Source of the DNA: Alphaproteobacteria bacterium
GTDB lineage: Bacteria > Pseudomonadota > Alphaproteobacteria > UBA828
NCBI GenBank assembly: GCA_965214705.1
Contig: OZ243972.1
Location: forward strand, 576,001 to 640,000
Length of the DNA: 64,000 nt
Direction of reading: 5' to 3'
Shown here: positions 18,580 through 29,007 of the stretch, piece after piece
How the letters are laid out: the number at the start of each line of letters is the position of its first letter
How positions within the stretch are numbered: the stretch's first letter is position 1
The notes under the pieces: generated by a model
Databases searched by the model: none
What the model was told of the DNA's origin: nothing
Seen by the model: the letters and a program-made list of their open reading frames with translations, nothing else
Made by a program: the position numbers and the translations under genes

Positions 18580-19635
18580 CTATTCGTCGTAGTGGTAAGT
18601 GCGGGCGACCATTCTCTCCGAGTGGTCGCCCGCTTTGATTGGTTCGTAGCGCCACGGATTGTCCGGGCTGACGCAGGTCGGGATCGCCTCGACCTCCACG
18701 TCGTAATCGACGCCGAAGAACTGCACCAGGGAGTAGCGCCTGCCGCCTGAGGTGTTGATGACCCGGTGCATGGTCGAGACGAACGTGTCGTTGGTCCATT
18801 GCTGCATAAGATCGCCCAGATTGACGGCGAAGCTGCCGTCCACCGGCGGTACGATCAGCCACTCGCCCTCCGGGCTCAGCATTTGCAGACCTTCCCGGTC
18901 CTGCCAGACGGTGGTGAAGCACTCGTAGTCGGTGTGCGCGCCGAGCCCAATATGGGCGATGTCGAGGGGCTCCGGCTGCGGCTCGTAGTAGCAGACGCGG
19001 AGCCGGGCCAGCGGCTTGGTGTACTTGGCGGTGAAGTAGCCCTCCTCCACATCCAGCGCGTATTCGAACGCGCGGAAGATCTGTCGGCCTAGCTCGAGCT
19101 GACAGTCGAAATACGTACCGAGCGCCCAACGAAAATCAGCCGGTTCCGCCGGCCAGTTGTTGGGGCCGTAGAAGCGGATGCCGCGCACGTGGTCGGGATC
19201 GTCCGCCGGCAGGTCGTGCGCCATCTCGATGGCCTCCGAGATGTCGCTTGAGCCTTCGAGGCTGTGGTCGGCCGTGATTCCGCCCGCCGGCACGTAGCCC
19301 CGGTGATTGGGCCAGTCGAGGTAGTGGTTGCGCATCTTCCGCTCGACCGGGAGCGCGAAGAAGCGCTGCATGGCGGCCTGGGCCCGCGCGATCACCGCTT
19401 GCGGGAACTGATGGTTGACGATGTAGAAGAACCCCGGACCCGCACAGGCGGTGTGGATCGCCCGCGCCACGGCCTTGCGCTCGGCCAGGCTCGGCGAATA
19501 GAGCGCGCCGAAGTCCACGATGGGCACCTCTGCAAGCGAGGCGCGCCGCACCGCCGGCGCGTGCATGCCCTCCCTGATCTGAAACGGTGTTTCGGTGGCC
19601 ATGGCGCGTCCCCCGCCGCTCTTCATTTCTGGCAT
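18580..19635 (-). CDS. 2-oxoglutarate/Fe(II) dioxygenase, isopenicillin N synthase family
   Basis: VPIVDF, GFFYIVNH, HTD, MHRV, RYS; start at 19635 or 19602. Confidence 0.9.
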   Translation of the reverse strand: MPEMKSGGGRAMATETPFQIREGMHAPAVRRASLAEVPIVDFGALYSPSLAERKAVARAIHTACAGPGFFYIVNHQFPQAVIARAQAAMQRFFALPVERKMRNHYLDWPNHRGYVPAGGITADHSLEGSSDISEAIEMAHDLPADDPDHVRGIRFYGPNNWPAEPADFRWALGTYFDCQLELGRQIFRAFEYALDVEEGYFTAKYTKPLARLRVCYYEPQPEPLDIAHIGLGAHTDYECFTTVWQDREGLQMLSPEGEWLIVPPVDGSFAVNLGDLMQQWTNDTFVSTMHRVINTSGGRRYSLVQFFGVDYDVEVEAIPTCVSPDNPWRYEPIKAGDHSERMVARTYHYDE

Positions 19636-19673
19636 GATAGTGTGAACCGGCTGTTCACGACGGCGTGCCTATA

Positions 19674-21590
19674 CCCAAGTTGGCACTTTTCCGCTGCCTG
19701 TGTTCCCTATTGGTTTGATTCAACGCGATATTTTTCTCGGTCGATTCCAACATGGCCCCACATTTTGTGAGATTCTGTCAGCTCATCAGACGGGTCCTCG
19801 TGCGGTGGATGGCGGGGTCCACGCCCGCCGCCGAGGAGATTGCGGCAACCTCGGCGGCCGGGCGCGTGTCCTGGCGGTTGACGATCAAGGTGCCGTCGGT
19901 CTGGCGCAGGCGCGTGGTGATCCGCACCCAGGTCCGCATGCTCTCGCGGATCGACGCCCAGCACTTGTGGATGCCGCGCGCGGCCAGCCGGGTACGGATC
20001 AGATGCACGGCGTGGTAGGCCAGCACGGCGATCAGCAGGTGGGCCGCGATGCGCCGGTCGAGCTGGTGCCAGATCGGGCGAAGGCCGAGCTCGGATTTCA
20101 GGCTCCGGAATGTCGCCTCGATATCCGTGATCCGCCAGTACGTCCGCAGGACCGTCTCGATGTCCCAGTCGACGTGGCTGGTGCGCAGCACATAGGCACC
20201 GGCGCCCTCATCGGCCTCGTCGTATCGCGGCCTGCGCTTGAAGCGCACGGCGGTGGCATTGGGGCCGGTTTTCGCCCTCTCGACCGTGATCTCGTAGTGC
20301 CTGGCGACGGCGGAGAAGCGCTGCTTGAGGCGGCCTATGCTCTCCAGCACCTTGTCGTAGCGCTTGAGGCGGCCCTTGACCGGGAGGCCGCCGTGGAGCC
20401 TTTCCAGCGCCGCCTCGAAGCGGTTCCGCCTCAGGCCGATGATCGCGTTCTCGGCCTTCTTCTTGCCCTCGCTGACGACGTAGAGCCGCGCCTCGCCGTC
20501 CTCGCTGGCAAGCCGCCAGGCCCGCACCTCGTGGCGCGCGCTGGTGATCAGCAGGGCCTCGGGTCCGCCCTCGGGCGGCGCAGGCCTGGCACCGCGGCTG
20601 ACCGCGATCCAGTCGTAGCCCTGCTCGCCCAGCCACGCGATGTTTTTCTCGGTGGCGATGCCCGCGTCCATGACCACCGTGGGCTTCGGCGCCGTGCCGC
20701 CGCACACCGCCTCGAGCCGCGCCAGCGCCTCGTGCAGCGTGCCCGGCTCGCTCACGTTGCCCGGCAGGATCTCGCAACTGCGCGGGAAGCCCGCGCCGTC
20801 GAGCGCCAGCGCCAGCGTGATGAGGGGACAGTCGTCGCGCTTCTGCTTGGAGCGCCCGAACCTGGGAAGCTCGCCGCCCGTGTGGCCGTGGTAGTGGACG
20901 TTGGTGAGATCGTAGAAGGCGATCGTCTCGGGCAGGTCGAGCAGTGCGCGCTCACGGTTGAACAGCTCCCGCTGGATGGCGGCGCGGTGGCGCCAGAGCA
21001 GGTCGCCGATGCGGTAGAGCGTCTTGCGCCGCAGCGCCTTGCGGTCGCCCTCCAGGCCCAGGAGCTCGGCGGCCGCGCTGTCGTGGCGGAGCCAGCGGCT
21101 GGTATCACGCTCGCTGGCGGGATGGACCATCCTGGCGACGATCAGCGCGCTGGCGATGCGCCCGTCGCGGCCCTTGATGTCGAGGCCGTGGAGGATTTCG
21201 GCGAAGCCGAGGGCGTCGAGGGCCTTGAGGCACAGGCGCTCGCAGCCGACCGTGCGCGGGTTCTCGTGCTCCAGGGTATCGAGGTCGACGGTGGCGATGT
21301 CGGGCTTGCGCGCCTCTTCCTGCATCGCCTCGACGCGGAACCCCCTGGCCCTGAGCTTGGCGACGATGTCCTCGGCTGCGGCCCGCACATCCGCCTCGCC
21401 CTCGAACAGCGGCGGCTTGCCGTGAAGCAGCGCCTCGGCGAGTTCGGTGACGGCCTTCCACTTCTCGCGCGGCACCGGATAGTCGGTGCCGAGATTGAGC
21501 AGCGTCCTGTGGCGCACCTTGTCGCCGACGCGCTGGGCGAGCACGAGGCGATGGCTTCGGACCGGCTGGCCGGCCTTGTCGGTGTGACAA
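19674..21590 (-). mobile_element. IS1634-family element, 5'-truncated
   Basis: Terminal CCCAAGTTGGCA at 19674. The transposase frame runs upstream to CHTDKAGQPVRSHRLV, then enters unrelated AT-rich DNA with no second end. Confidence 0.75.
19778..21544 (-). CDS. IS1634-family DDE transposase (native start lost)
   Basis: RTLLNLG, YDLTN, FGRSKQKRDDC, PGNVSE, VMDAG, YVLRT, IEATFRSLKSELGLRPIWH. Confidence 0.85.
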   Translation of the reverse strand: MLAQRVGDKVRHRTLLNLGTDYPVPREKWKAVTELAEALLHGKPPLFEGEADVRAAAEDIVAKLRARGFRVEAMQEEARKPDIATVDLDTLEHENPRTVGCERLCLKALDALGFAEILHGLDIKGRDGRIASALIVARMVHPASERDTSRWLRHDSAAAELLGLEGDRKALRRKTLYRIGDLLWRHRAAIQRELFNRERALLDLPETIAFYDLTNVHYHGHTGGELPRFGRSKQKRDDCPLITLALALDGAGFPRSCEILPGNVSEPGTLHEALARLEAVCGGTAPKPTVVMDAGIATEKNIAWLGEQGYDWIAVSRGARPAPPEGGPEALLITSARHEVRAWRLASEDGEARLYVVSEGKKKAENAIIGLRRNRFEAALERLHGGLPVKGRLKRYDKVLESIGRLKQRFSAVARHYEITVERAKTGPNATAVRFKRRPRYDEADEGAGAYVLRTSHVDWDIETVLRTYWRITDIEATFRSLKSELGLRPIWHQLDRRIAAHLLIAVLAYHAVHLIRTRLAARGIHKCWASIRESMRTWVRITTRLRQTDGTLIVNRQDTRPAAEVAAISSAAGVDPAIHRTRTRLMS

Positions 21591-21996
21591 ACAAGAGGCG
21601 AGGATCACCAACTTGGTAGCTCTGTTTAGCGCTGCAGCATCCTCCTGATATTGTTTATCATACAATGGGTTGGCGGTGTCGTCAACGAGTTTCTGGTGGG
21701 GGCGCGGGGTCCATAAGGCAGAACCCTCGATAGCTCCATAGCTGCATTCGGGGAATTAACGTATTTCATTCGAATGTCGCAGGAGCACTTTGGTATCTCT
21801 CCGGTGAAAGGCAGTGATGAGCTCGATTTTGGGAGACATAACATATGTGTAATAGTGTCTCTTGTAGCTATGGGGCCTATAGGCGAGTCGTTGCCAGCGT
21901 TCGCGCGAATGTCGCGGCGTGTTTCGCGCGGAATTCGCTCATCTTGTGGCGCAGATGCGTGCGGGCGGAGCGATCATATCACGGGAGGCGGACGGC

Positions 21997-22323
21997 ATGA
22001 ACGAGACAGCGGAGAGGCGCAAACGGCAGCGGACAGTGATGGCCACGGATAGCGACTGGCAGGCGCTCAAGGAGCGTGCCGACGCTGCGGGAATGGACGT
22101 TTCGCGCTTTGTGTTGGAACGCCTGACAGCGCCTGTTGCGGTGCCGGATGATATGGACTTGAGGCGCGATCTCGCGGGAGCGGTTGCGCGCATCGAGCGC
22201 ATGGTCAGGGTGCTCTACGAGGTCGAGAAAGAGCGCGTCGAGGGTTCCGCAGGGGCGGACACCTGGCAGGCTCTGGTGCGCCGTGCCGGGGCACGGACCG
22301 ATACCGAGGAGGCGCTCGGGTGA
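21997..22323 (+). CDS. Ribbon-helix-helix / MobC-like protein 1
   Basis: RQRTVMATDSDWQALKERADAAGMDVSRFV; GGAGG RBS. Confidence 0.75.
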   Translation: MNETAERRKRQRTVMATDSDWQALKERADAAGMDVSRFVLERLTAPVAVPDDMDLRRDLAGAVARIERMVRVLYEVEKERVEGSAGADTWQALVRRAGARTDTEEALG

Positions 22324-22679
22324 CGGCTATCGAGGGTGGTGGGAAGCGGGAGATTGCGCGTATTCGCAGCATCTACTGCTCGCCCGAGAACCGCGCATTG
22401 ATCGGACGGCGGGCGAAGGAAGCGGGGATGAGCTTCTCGCGCTTCATGGTCGCCTGCGCGCTTCATGGCGCGGACGACGGCGATGACGAGGGTCCTCGTC
22501 TGGTCTTGAGCGAGGATGAGCAGCGGCAGCTGTACGAGCGCGTGGCGCTTCTGAACCGGTGCAACGAGGCGCTGCTTTCGCGTCTGCCGGGGACGGAGAT
22601 ATCGGCGCTCGGCGCACTCGCCTTCCTGGCCCGGGAGGCGGCCGCCAGGTCCGGCGGCGAGGGCGGGGACGGTTCATGA
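22320..22679 (+). CDS. Ribbon-helix-helix / MobC-like protein 2
   Basis: RSIYCSPENRALIGRRAKEAGMSFSRFMVACAL; GTGA overlap with the previous gene. Confidence 0.75.
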   Translation: MTAIEGGGKREIARIRSIYCSPENRALIGRRAKEAGMSFSRFMVACALHGADDGDDEGPRLVLSEDEQRQLYERVALLNRCNEALLSRLPGTEISALGALAFLAREAAARSGGEGGDGS

Positions 22680-23122
22680 GGAGGCGTGACCGGACCCGGC
22701 CGAAGGCGTATTCGCTGTCATGCACCGACTCCGACTGGGGACGCGTGCGGGTGCTGGCCGAGCGGAAGGGCTTGTCCATCTCGCGATACATGGTCGAGCG
22801 CGGGCTCACCGTTAACCCGGAAATCGAGCCTGAACCGCCGCCCCGCCTCGTGCTGGACGAGGCGGAGCAGCGCACCCTTCTGGACCGTGTGGTCGCCATT
22901 GCCGAGCGCACGGCGGAGGCCGATTCAGAGGAAGCGCTGCTGACGCGCATCCGAAACTCTCTCTCCTTCCTGGTCGATGAGGCGATGCGAACCATGATGC
23001 GCGCGGGCCGCGAGGAGGAGCTGCGGGAGATGCTGACGGACCTCTTTGGCGAGCAGGTTGCGGCGGCAACCGTCGACCGGCTCCGCGCGCGCACGAGCGC
23101 CGAGAGTTCCGCCTCGCCATGA
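22676..23122 (+). CDS. Ribbon-helix-helix / MobC-like protein 3
   Basis: YSLSCTDSDWGRVRVLAERKGLSISRYMVERGL; ATGA overlap with the previous gene. Confidence 0.75.
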   Translation: MRRRDRTRPKAYSLSCTDSDWGRVRVLAERKGLSISRYMVERGLTVNPEIEPEPPPRLVLDEAEQRTLLDRVVAIAERTAEADSEEALLTRIRNSLSFLVDEAMRTMMRAGREEELREMLTDLFGEQVAAATVDRLRARTSAESSASP

Positions 23123-26100
23123 TCGAGAGGCAGTCCGCCGCCGGTTGTGGGGGCCGGCTGCCGTGCCGGAAGTTCGTGCCAAGGACGATCGAAGGGCGGG
23201 CCGGCGGGACGAGTCACAGCTCGAGGCCCATGTCGATGTCGCGCTCCTTCGCCTTGCTGGCTTCGAGCTCCTGCTGACGGCGTTCGATCTCGGCCTTGTC
23301 CGATGCCAGGGTGGATTCGATCCGCGCGGAAAGGCGCCTGCTCTCGTCCTCCGCGCCCGGACGGCGGTCGAGATGCCTGCCGTAGGTCTCGGGGTCGTCC
23401 AGGATGCGGCGGCAGCCGTCGAGGGCGCGGAGGGCGCCATCGCGCCATTCGCCGTAGGCGGGATCCTCGGTGACATGGGCGCTGTTACTGGCAGCAATCG
23501 TCGCGTGCTCTTCGCGCTGCCGGATCGAGGCGGCGGCCGCTGACAGGGCGCGCTCCAGGAAGCGTTCCGCCGCCTTGCGGTTCTCCCTTTCCGCCTCGTC
23601 CAGGACCGTTGCCTTCTCCGCAGGCGGCATCGGCCAGTCGGTTTCCGGCGAGCCGCCGAACTGTTCGCCGATGGCCTTCAGCGCCGACATCTGCTCCGCA
23701 GGCGAAGTCTCCAGGGCCTCGATCAGCGCCTCGCGGTCGTCGGTCAGCAGCACCACGTTGTCGCGGGCGCGGGTGAGTTCCACATAGAAGGTCGCCTGGT
23801 CGGCAACTCCCCCGCGCTCGGTATCCAGGACAGCGATGGCCCGATCGCAGGTGATGCCCTGGGCAGCGTGCACGGTGGACGAGTAGGCGTGGTCCAGGTG
23901 GTGAAGCTGTGGGTCGTCGCGGGCCATGACGATCTCACTTCCGTCCTGGGTGCGTATCGTGACGTTCACCCGGCGGATGGACAGCACTTCCGCATGTTCG
24001 CCGTTGATCAGGCCGCGCGCAGAATCGTTGCGAGTCCAGCGCACCCGGTCTCCCGCCTTGAGCACCATCGGCCGGGTCTCGAAGAGGTCGAGGCGGTAGC
24101 GGATATAGCCGGAGGGGTCGATTGTGCGCTCCTTACCGCCGGGGAGGGTGAGCACGAGGCGCTCGTCTCCCACCTCCGTCACACGGCAGGCATCGCCGGC
24201 CTTCGCACGGACGCCGTAGACGTCGTGGTGGAATATGGCGACATCGCCCTCCCGGTAGTTGGCGATGTCGCCCTTCTGGGAGCGGGTCAGGTGGAGGTTG
24301 ACGTAGCGCTCGATCTCGAGCTCTGGGCCGTGCAGCACCCCTTCGTCCTCCAGGCCGTGACGGACGGCGGCGTTGATCTCGGCCCTGAGCTCGTGCGTGG
24401 GCGCGAGGATGGCCGTTCCGGGTCGCAGGTCGGGATCGAGGTCGAGCCAGAGTTGTGCCGCCTTCCTGCCGAGTTCGTCGCTCGCCGTCTCCAGGACGCC
24501 GTTGCCGAGTTCCTCGACCGCAAGGCGCGGCTCGTCCGCCACCATGTGCAGCACCGCCTGCCGCAGGTCCGCATCGCGCTGGCGTACCACCTCCTCCATC
24601 CTGGCGGTGGGCAACCCTGCGTCCTGCAGCAGGGCGAAGGGCTGGCCGGCCTCCACGGCCCGCAGCTGCCTCCTGTCGCCGATCAGCGCGAGGCGCTCGA
24701 CGCCGGTCTCGGCGGCGATCCGGGTCAACGCCCGCATCTGGGTGTTGCCGACCATCGAGGCCTCATCGAGGATCAGCACCGAGCCGCCGAGCGCCTTGCG
24801 CGCTTCCTCCGTCCTCTCGGGCGAGGCGATGCCGTCGCCCACGTCGCGATAGCGCGTGAGGAACCATTGCAGGGTGCGGGCCGGGATATCGGCTTCGCCT
24901 TCGAGCACGCGCGCGGCGCTTGCCGAAGGAGCCAGTCCGATAATCGGCCTCTCGCCAGCCAGCGCCGCCACCGTGCGCAGCATGGTGGTCTTGCCCGAGC
25001 CCGCGTGCCCCTGCACGCCCACGGTGACATGAGGCGAGAGCAGGATTCCGCGCACCGCGTCGCGCTGGCCGGGGTTCAGCCCGGCCGCGTCGAGCCTCGC
25101 CTCCACTGCCTCCGCCGGCGCCAGGCTTCGTCCGGCGTCCAGGCCGGCGCGCATGCCGGCGACAATGTCGCGCTCGGCGTTGCGCGCCTGGTCGGTGACG
25201 AAGGCCAGGTCGGCCCTTCGCGCCGTCACCTCGATCAGGTGTCCGTCGCGCCGGAGCCGGGCGATGCCGACGTCCAGCGCTTCGAGCGAGTGCCGGCCGC
25301 CCCCATGGGCCAGAGCCCAGGCGCGCAGGTCGTTGGCGGAGAACACAGTGCGCCGCTCCTCCAGGTGCTCGACGGCCTGCCGCACCACGGCAAGCGCCGA
25401 CGGCTGCGCCCGCGGCTCGGGCATAGGGGTTGCCGATGCGCCGATCCCGTCGCGGCCCCTTGCGATGTCCCGGTCGCGCGCCGGGCCGAGTTCTTGCGCC
25501 CGTTCCTTCCATGTCCGGTGCAGGACCTGCCGATCCGGCTCGGCCTTGCGCTGCCGTGTGTAAAGCGCCGCCTGCTGTGCTCTCGCCGGCGTGTTCTCCC
25601 AGCCACGCTCCTGCATGTAGTCCAACAACTCGCGGCGGCGGGTCGAGAAGGCGTCCAGCATCGGCTTGCCGTAGCCCGCGATCTCGAACCCCGGCATCCG
25701 CCCCACAAGCGTCGGCACCGTGGCGTAGCCGATTTTTTCGAGCCCCATGCGCAGCTCGTTGCGGTAGTAGGCGCCGATCAGCAGCTTCGAGCGCTCCACC
25801 GCGGTGAACTCGGCGCTCCGCCACTCCCCGTTCCGGCCGCGCGTCATGTTGGCGATCACCGCGTGCGTGTGCAGCTGCGGGTCGAGGTTGCGGCTCGCGA
25901 GATGCCGGAAGGTCGCCGCCGCCATGCCGTCGGCCTCCACCCTGGGCCTGCGGCCGGTCTCGGGCTCGTAGCTCCGAGTCTGCAACAGCGCGGTCTCAAT
26001 GAAGCCCAACGTGGCGCGCACCGCCTCGTCGTGCGCCCTCACCACCCGCGCGCCGGTCTTCGGCGCCGCGTAGATCAGCGCTTCCAGGGATACCGACTTG

Positions 26101-26418
26101 GGAGCGGAAAAGGTCACGTCCACGCCGGGCCTGTGCTGGTGCTCGCCGTCGCGGAGGCGGCCGAGGCGAATGTCGGTGCCGGGCACGTAGCCCGCAAGCA
26201 GGGCCTCGAAGCGTTTCGGCTTGACCGGCCCGTGCAGGCCCATCAACGCCGCTGCCTCGCCGTACCAGATGCCGTAATGGGGCGCGGCATCAACCGGCAC
26301 CGTTGGAGCCTGTACCGATGACGGCGAATCGGGGTGTCGTTGCCCTTACACGCTGAGCGTGTCCACGGGGTCTTGCCGGAAGGCGCGCCCCAATTCCTCG
26401 AAAGGAAAGGGCAACGAC

Positions 26419-27462
26419 ATGGATGTCTATATCGGGCTGGATGTATCGCTGGCAAGCACGACAATCTGCGTGATCGGCGAGAAGGGCAAGATCGTGACCG
26501 AGGCGCAGATCGCCAGCACGCCTGAAGCGCTGGTCGTGTTCATGGGCAAGCTGGAGCACGAGATCGCGGCGATCGGTCTTGAGGCCGGTCCCCTGTCCCA
26601 CTGGCTGCACAAGGGGCTGACCGACGCCGGCTTCGAGGCCGTGCTGATGGAGACCCGGCGGGTGAAGGCGGCGCTGAAGGCGATGCCGATCAAGACGGAT
26701 CGGCGGGATGCCGAGGGCATCGCGCGTCTTCTGCAGATGGGCTGGTTCAGGCCGGTGCACTGCAAGTCGGTGTCGTCGCAGGAGATGCGCGCACTTCTGA
26801 CCTCGCGCAGCTCCGTGAGGGACGCGCTCACCGATATGGAACTCTCGGCGCGCGGCGTGTTGCGCAACTTTGGCCTGAAGCTGGGCCAAGTCTCGAAGGG
26901 CCGCTGGGAGGCCCGCGTCCGGGAGTTGATCGCAGGCAACGCGATGCTGGAGGCCGCCGTCGAACCGATCCTGCGCGCGCGGTCGGCTCTGCGCCGCGAG
27001 CTGGCCGGCCTGGAGAAGCTGGTCCGCGACCTGGCCAGGGAGGATCCGGTATGCCGGCTCCTGATGACCATGCCCGGCGTGGGCGCGGTCGTGGCCCTGA
27101 CCTTCAAATCGGCGATCGACGATCCCGAGCGGTTCCGGAGATCGAAGGATGTCGGCCCCTGGGTGGGACTGACGCCGGGACGGGACCAATCCGGCGAGCG
27201 AGATATTGTCGGCGGCATCACGAAGTGCGGCGACGCAGGTCTGCGGGCCGCGCTCTATCAGGCGACCACGGTGATGCTGAACCGCACCGCCGGGCCGAAC
27301 TGGCTGAAGGCCTGGACGCTGCGTCTGGCGAAGCTCCGCGGCAAGAAGCGGGCGACCGTCGCCTTGGCCCGGCGCATCGGCGTGGTACTTCACCGGATGT
27401 GGCGGGACGGCACCGAGTTCCGCTTCACGCGCGAGGAGGCAATGGCGCTCCAGACGGCATAG
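26419..27462 (+). CDS. IS110 DEDD recombinase/transposase
   Basis: YIGLDVS, GLEAG, KTDRRDA, PGVG, GLTP...QSG, A.VALAR. Confidence 0.95.
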   Translation: MDVYIGLDVSLASTTICVIGEKGKIVTEAQIASTPEALVVFMGKLEHEIAAIGLEAGPLSHWLHKGLTDAGFEAVLMETRRVKAALKAMPIKTDRRDAEGIARLLQMGWFRPVHCKSVSSQEMRALLTSRSSVRDALTDMELSARGVLRNFGLKLGQVSKGRWEARVRELIAGNAMLEAAVEPILRARSALRRELAGLEKLVRDLAREDPVCRLLMTMPGVGAVVALTFKSAIDDPERFRRSKDVGPWVGLTPGRDQSGERDIVGGITKCGDAGLRAALYQATTVMLNRTAGPNWLKAWTLRLAKLRGKKRATVALARRIGVVLHRMWRDGTEFRFTREEAMALQTA

Positions 27463-27539
27463 GCGCGGCTGCATCCCACCGACAATCAGCAGCGAGAGGA
27501 GGAAAGAGCCGCGCCTGAAGGTGGCGATCCACCGCTATC

Positions 27540-27780
27540 CCCTCGCCGGGACGCGGTTCCCGATGATGCACGTGCGAGCGGCTGTTGCCGAATCGCTTCT
27601 TGGCATTCGAGCACGCATACCAGATCGGCACTCGGGAATCGTCTTGGACCGGGTATGAAGTTGGCAGCCGCTCTGCGCTGACCACGGACGGAAGCGAGAG
27701 CCTGGCGACGGGGACATATCCGGGGGTCCCGCTTCCTGCACCGTGCCGCGTCGACGAGCCCGTTAGCCGCCAAGGCAACC
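27540..27780 (+). ncRNA. Putative bridge/seek RNA of the IS110 element (boundaries approximate)
   Basis: GCGAGCGGCT (27574-27583) is the reverse complement of the right flank 27912-27921; TACCAGA (27618-27624) equals the left flank 26263-26269; a hairpin lies between them. Confidence 0.7.
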
Positions 27781-28026
27781 ACCTGTGTCGATCATGCTGA
27801 CCATGCCTGCGAGAGGCCCTGCCGCAGGCGACGGTGCCCCATGTTCGAGTGGCCGTGCCAGGCCGGAACGTTGTGAAGATCCCTGCTTGACATCAACCGC
27901 CCCATTACGGAAGCCGCTCGCCTTGCGGTGCTCCGGGTCATTTCTGGCGTAGTAGCCGTCCGCCTCGAAGTAGTGCACCGTCGTGGCGGCGGCCTTCAGG
28001 CGGATGACGGTCGCGACCATGGTTGC

Positions 28027-28899
28027 CTACCGGTCCGTCGTGCCGTCGAATTCCTCTTCGGGCGGCACCTTGGTCACGCCAACGTCAGGGTAGAGGGGGA
28101 CCGTCAACTCCGGTGTGGGTCCCACGTGCATCTGGCACCTGACAAACTCGTCGAGTTGACGCGCCCTGGACGTGCAGGCGGCGAGCGTCGGGGAGTAGTG
28201 CTCCGCCACGAAATCGTTCCACGCGTACCGCGGATCGCCGAAGGACATGACGTTCGCCTCCCGCTGCAGCACCGCACCCAGCACGAAAAAGACGAACGCG
28301 GCGGCCGCCACTGCGAGACCGAACCGCCAGTGCCGCCACCGCAGTCTGCCGGAGATGCGGGACAAGTCGTTGCGGAGGGAGCGCAGCTGGTCGCCGAGCG
28401 CCGTCGCCGATTGGATCATGTCCTCAAGACTGTGGGCGGCCACGGCCGACTGCCGGTCCGTGGCGTGGATACGCTGGTCGAGGGCCTCGCCCTGCGTCTT
28501 CAGCGCGGCGGCGGCCCCGGCCAAGGCGCGCGCTGTCTCCGCCGCCCCGTCCCGGCCCGCGGCCAATTCTGCAGCCTTGGCAAGCGCGCGGCGCGCGTTG
28601 GCAACCGCCTGAGCCAGCGCCGCCGTCTCACGAACCAACTCCTTGGCCGTGTCGTGCTTCGGCAACCGGGCGTCCTGGAGTGCGTCGATGCGGGAAGCCG
28701 TCGCCCTTACCGTCGCGAGGATCTCGGCGATGGCGTTGTCGTGCGCATCGGGTTGCGGGGATGGCGCCGCCGCAGGTGCCTTCTCGACCGCATCAGCCGG
28801 CCGGCCTGCCGCCCCTTCCGGTCGGCCGACCAGCAGGTCGCGGCCATCAAATGCGTCTTTGCCGGATTTCGGACCGCTGCGCCTCTCCTCCGGCGCCAT
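28027..28899 (-). CDS. Hypothetical coiled-coil protein with one TM helix, directly upstream of the relaxase
   Basis: GGAGG RBS before ATG 28899; TM segment FGLAVAAAAFVFFVLGAVL; ends 6 nt before the relaxase start. Confidence 0.7.
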   Translation of the reverse strand: MAPEERRSGPKSGKDAFDGRDLLVGRPEGAAGRPADAVEKAPAAAPSPQPDAHDNAIAEILATVRATASRIDALQDARLPKHDTAKELVRETAALAQAVANARRALAKAAELAAGRDGAAETARALAGAAAALKTQGEALDQRIHATDRQSAVAAHSLEDMIQSATALGDQLRSLRNDLSRISGRLRWRHWRFGLAVAAAAFVFFVLGAVLQREANVMSFGDPRYAWNDFVAEHYSPTLAACTSRARQLDEFVRCQMHVGPTPELTVPLYPDVGVTKVPPEEEFDGTTDR

Positions 28900-29007
28900 G
28901 ATCGCCTCCCCGCTCAAAAAAACGTTGTTCGTGGTTTGCTTAGTGAGAGATATCGGAACCGGCAGGCCGAATGACAAGAGCCTCGGACGTTCAAGTCCGG
29001 GTCGGAT

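Larger units (their letters stand above)
26270..27911 (+). mobile_element. IS110 family element (IS1111-type)
   Basis: Subterminal inverted repeats CCGTAATGGGGCG (26272-26284) and CGCCCCATTACGG (27898-27910); GA dinucleotide at both junctions; long 3' non-coding region; TTGACA at 27887. Confidence 0.9.
23214..28020 (-). pseudogene. mobF: MOBF (TrwC/TraI-like) relaxase-helicase interrupted by IS110
   Basis: N-terminal part 28020-27912 (YFEADGYY catalytic Tyr). Remainder from 26269: WYG, DVTFSAPKSVS, H..SRNLDPQLHTH, Walker A GHAGSGKTT, ILDEASM, YSSTVHAAQG. Removing the IS gives in-frame HRKASGFWYG. Confidence 0.92.

Noticed and set aside
21590-21839. AT-rich minus-strand frame with one internal stop next to the truncated IS1634
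   Set aside because: Possibly a gene remnant, but no recognisable motif, so not called.
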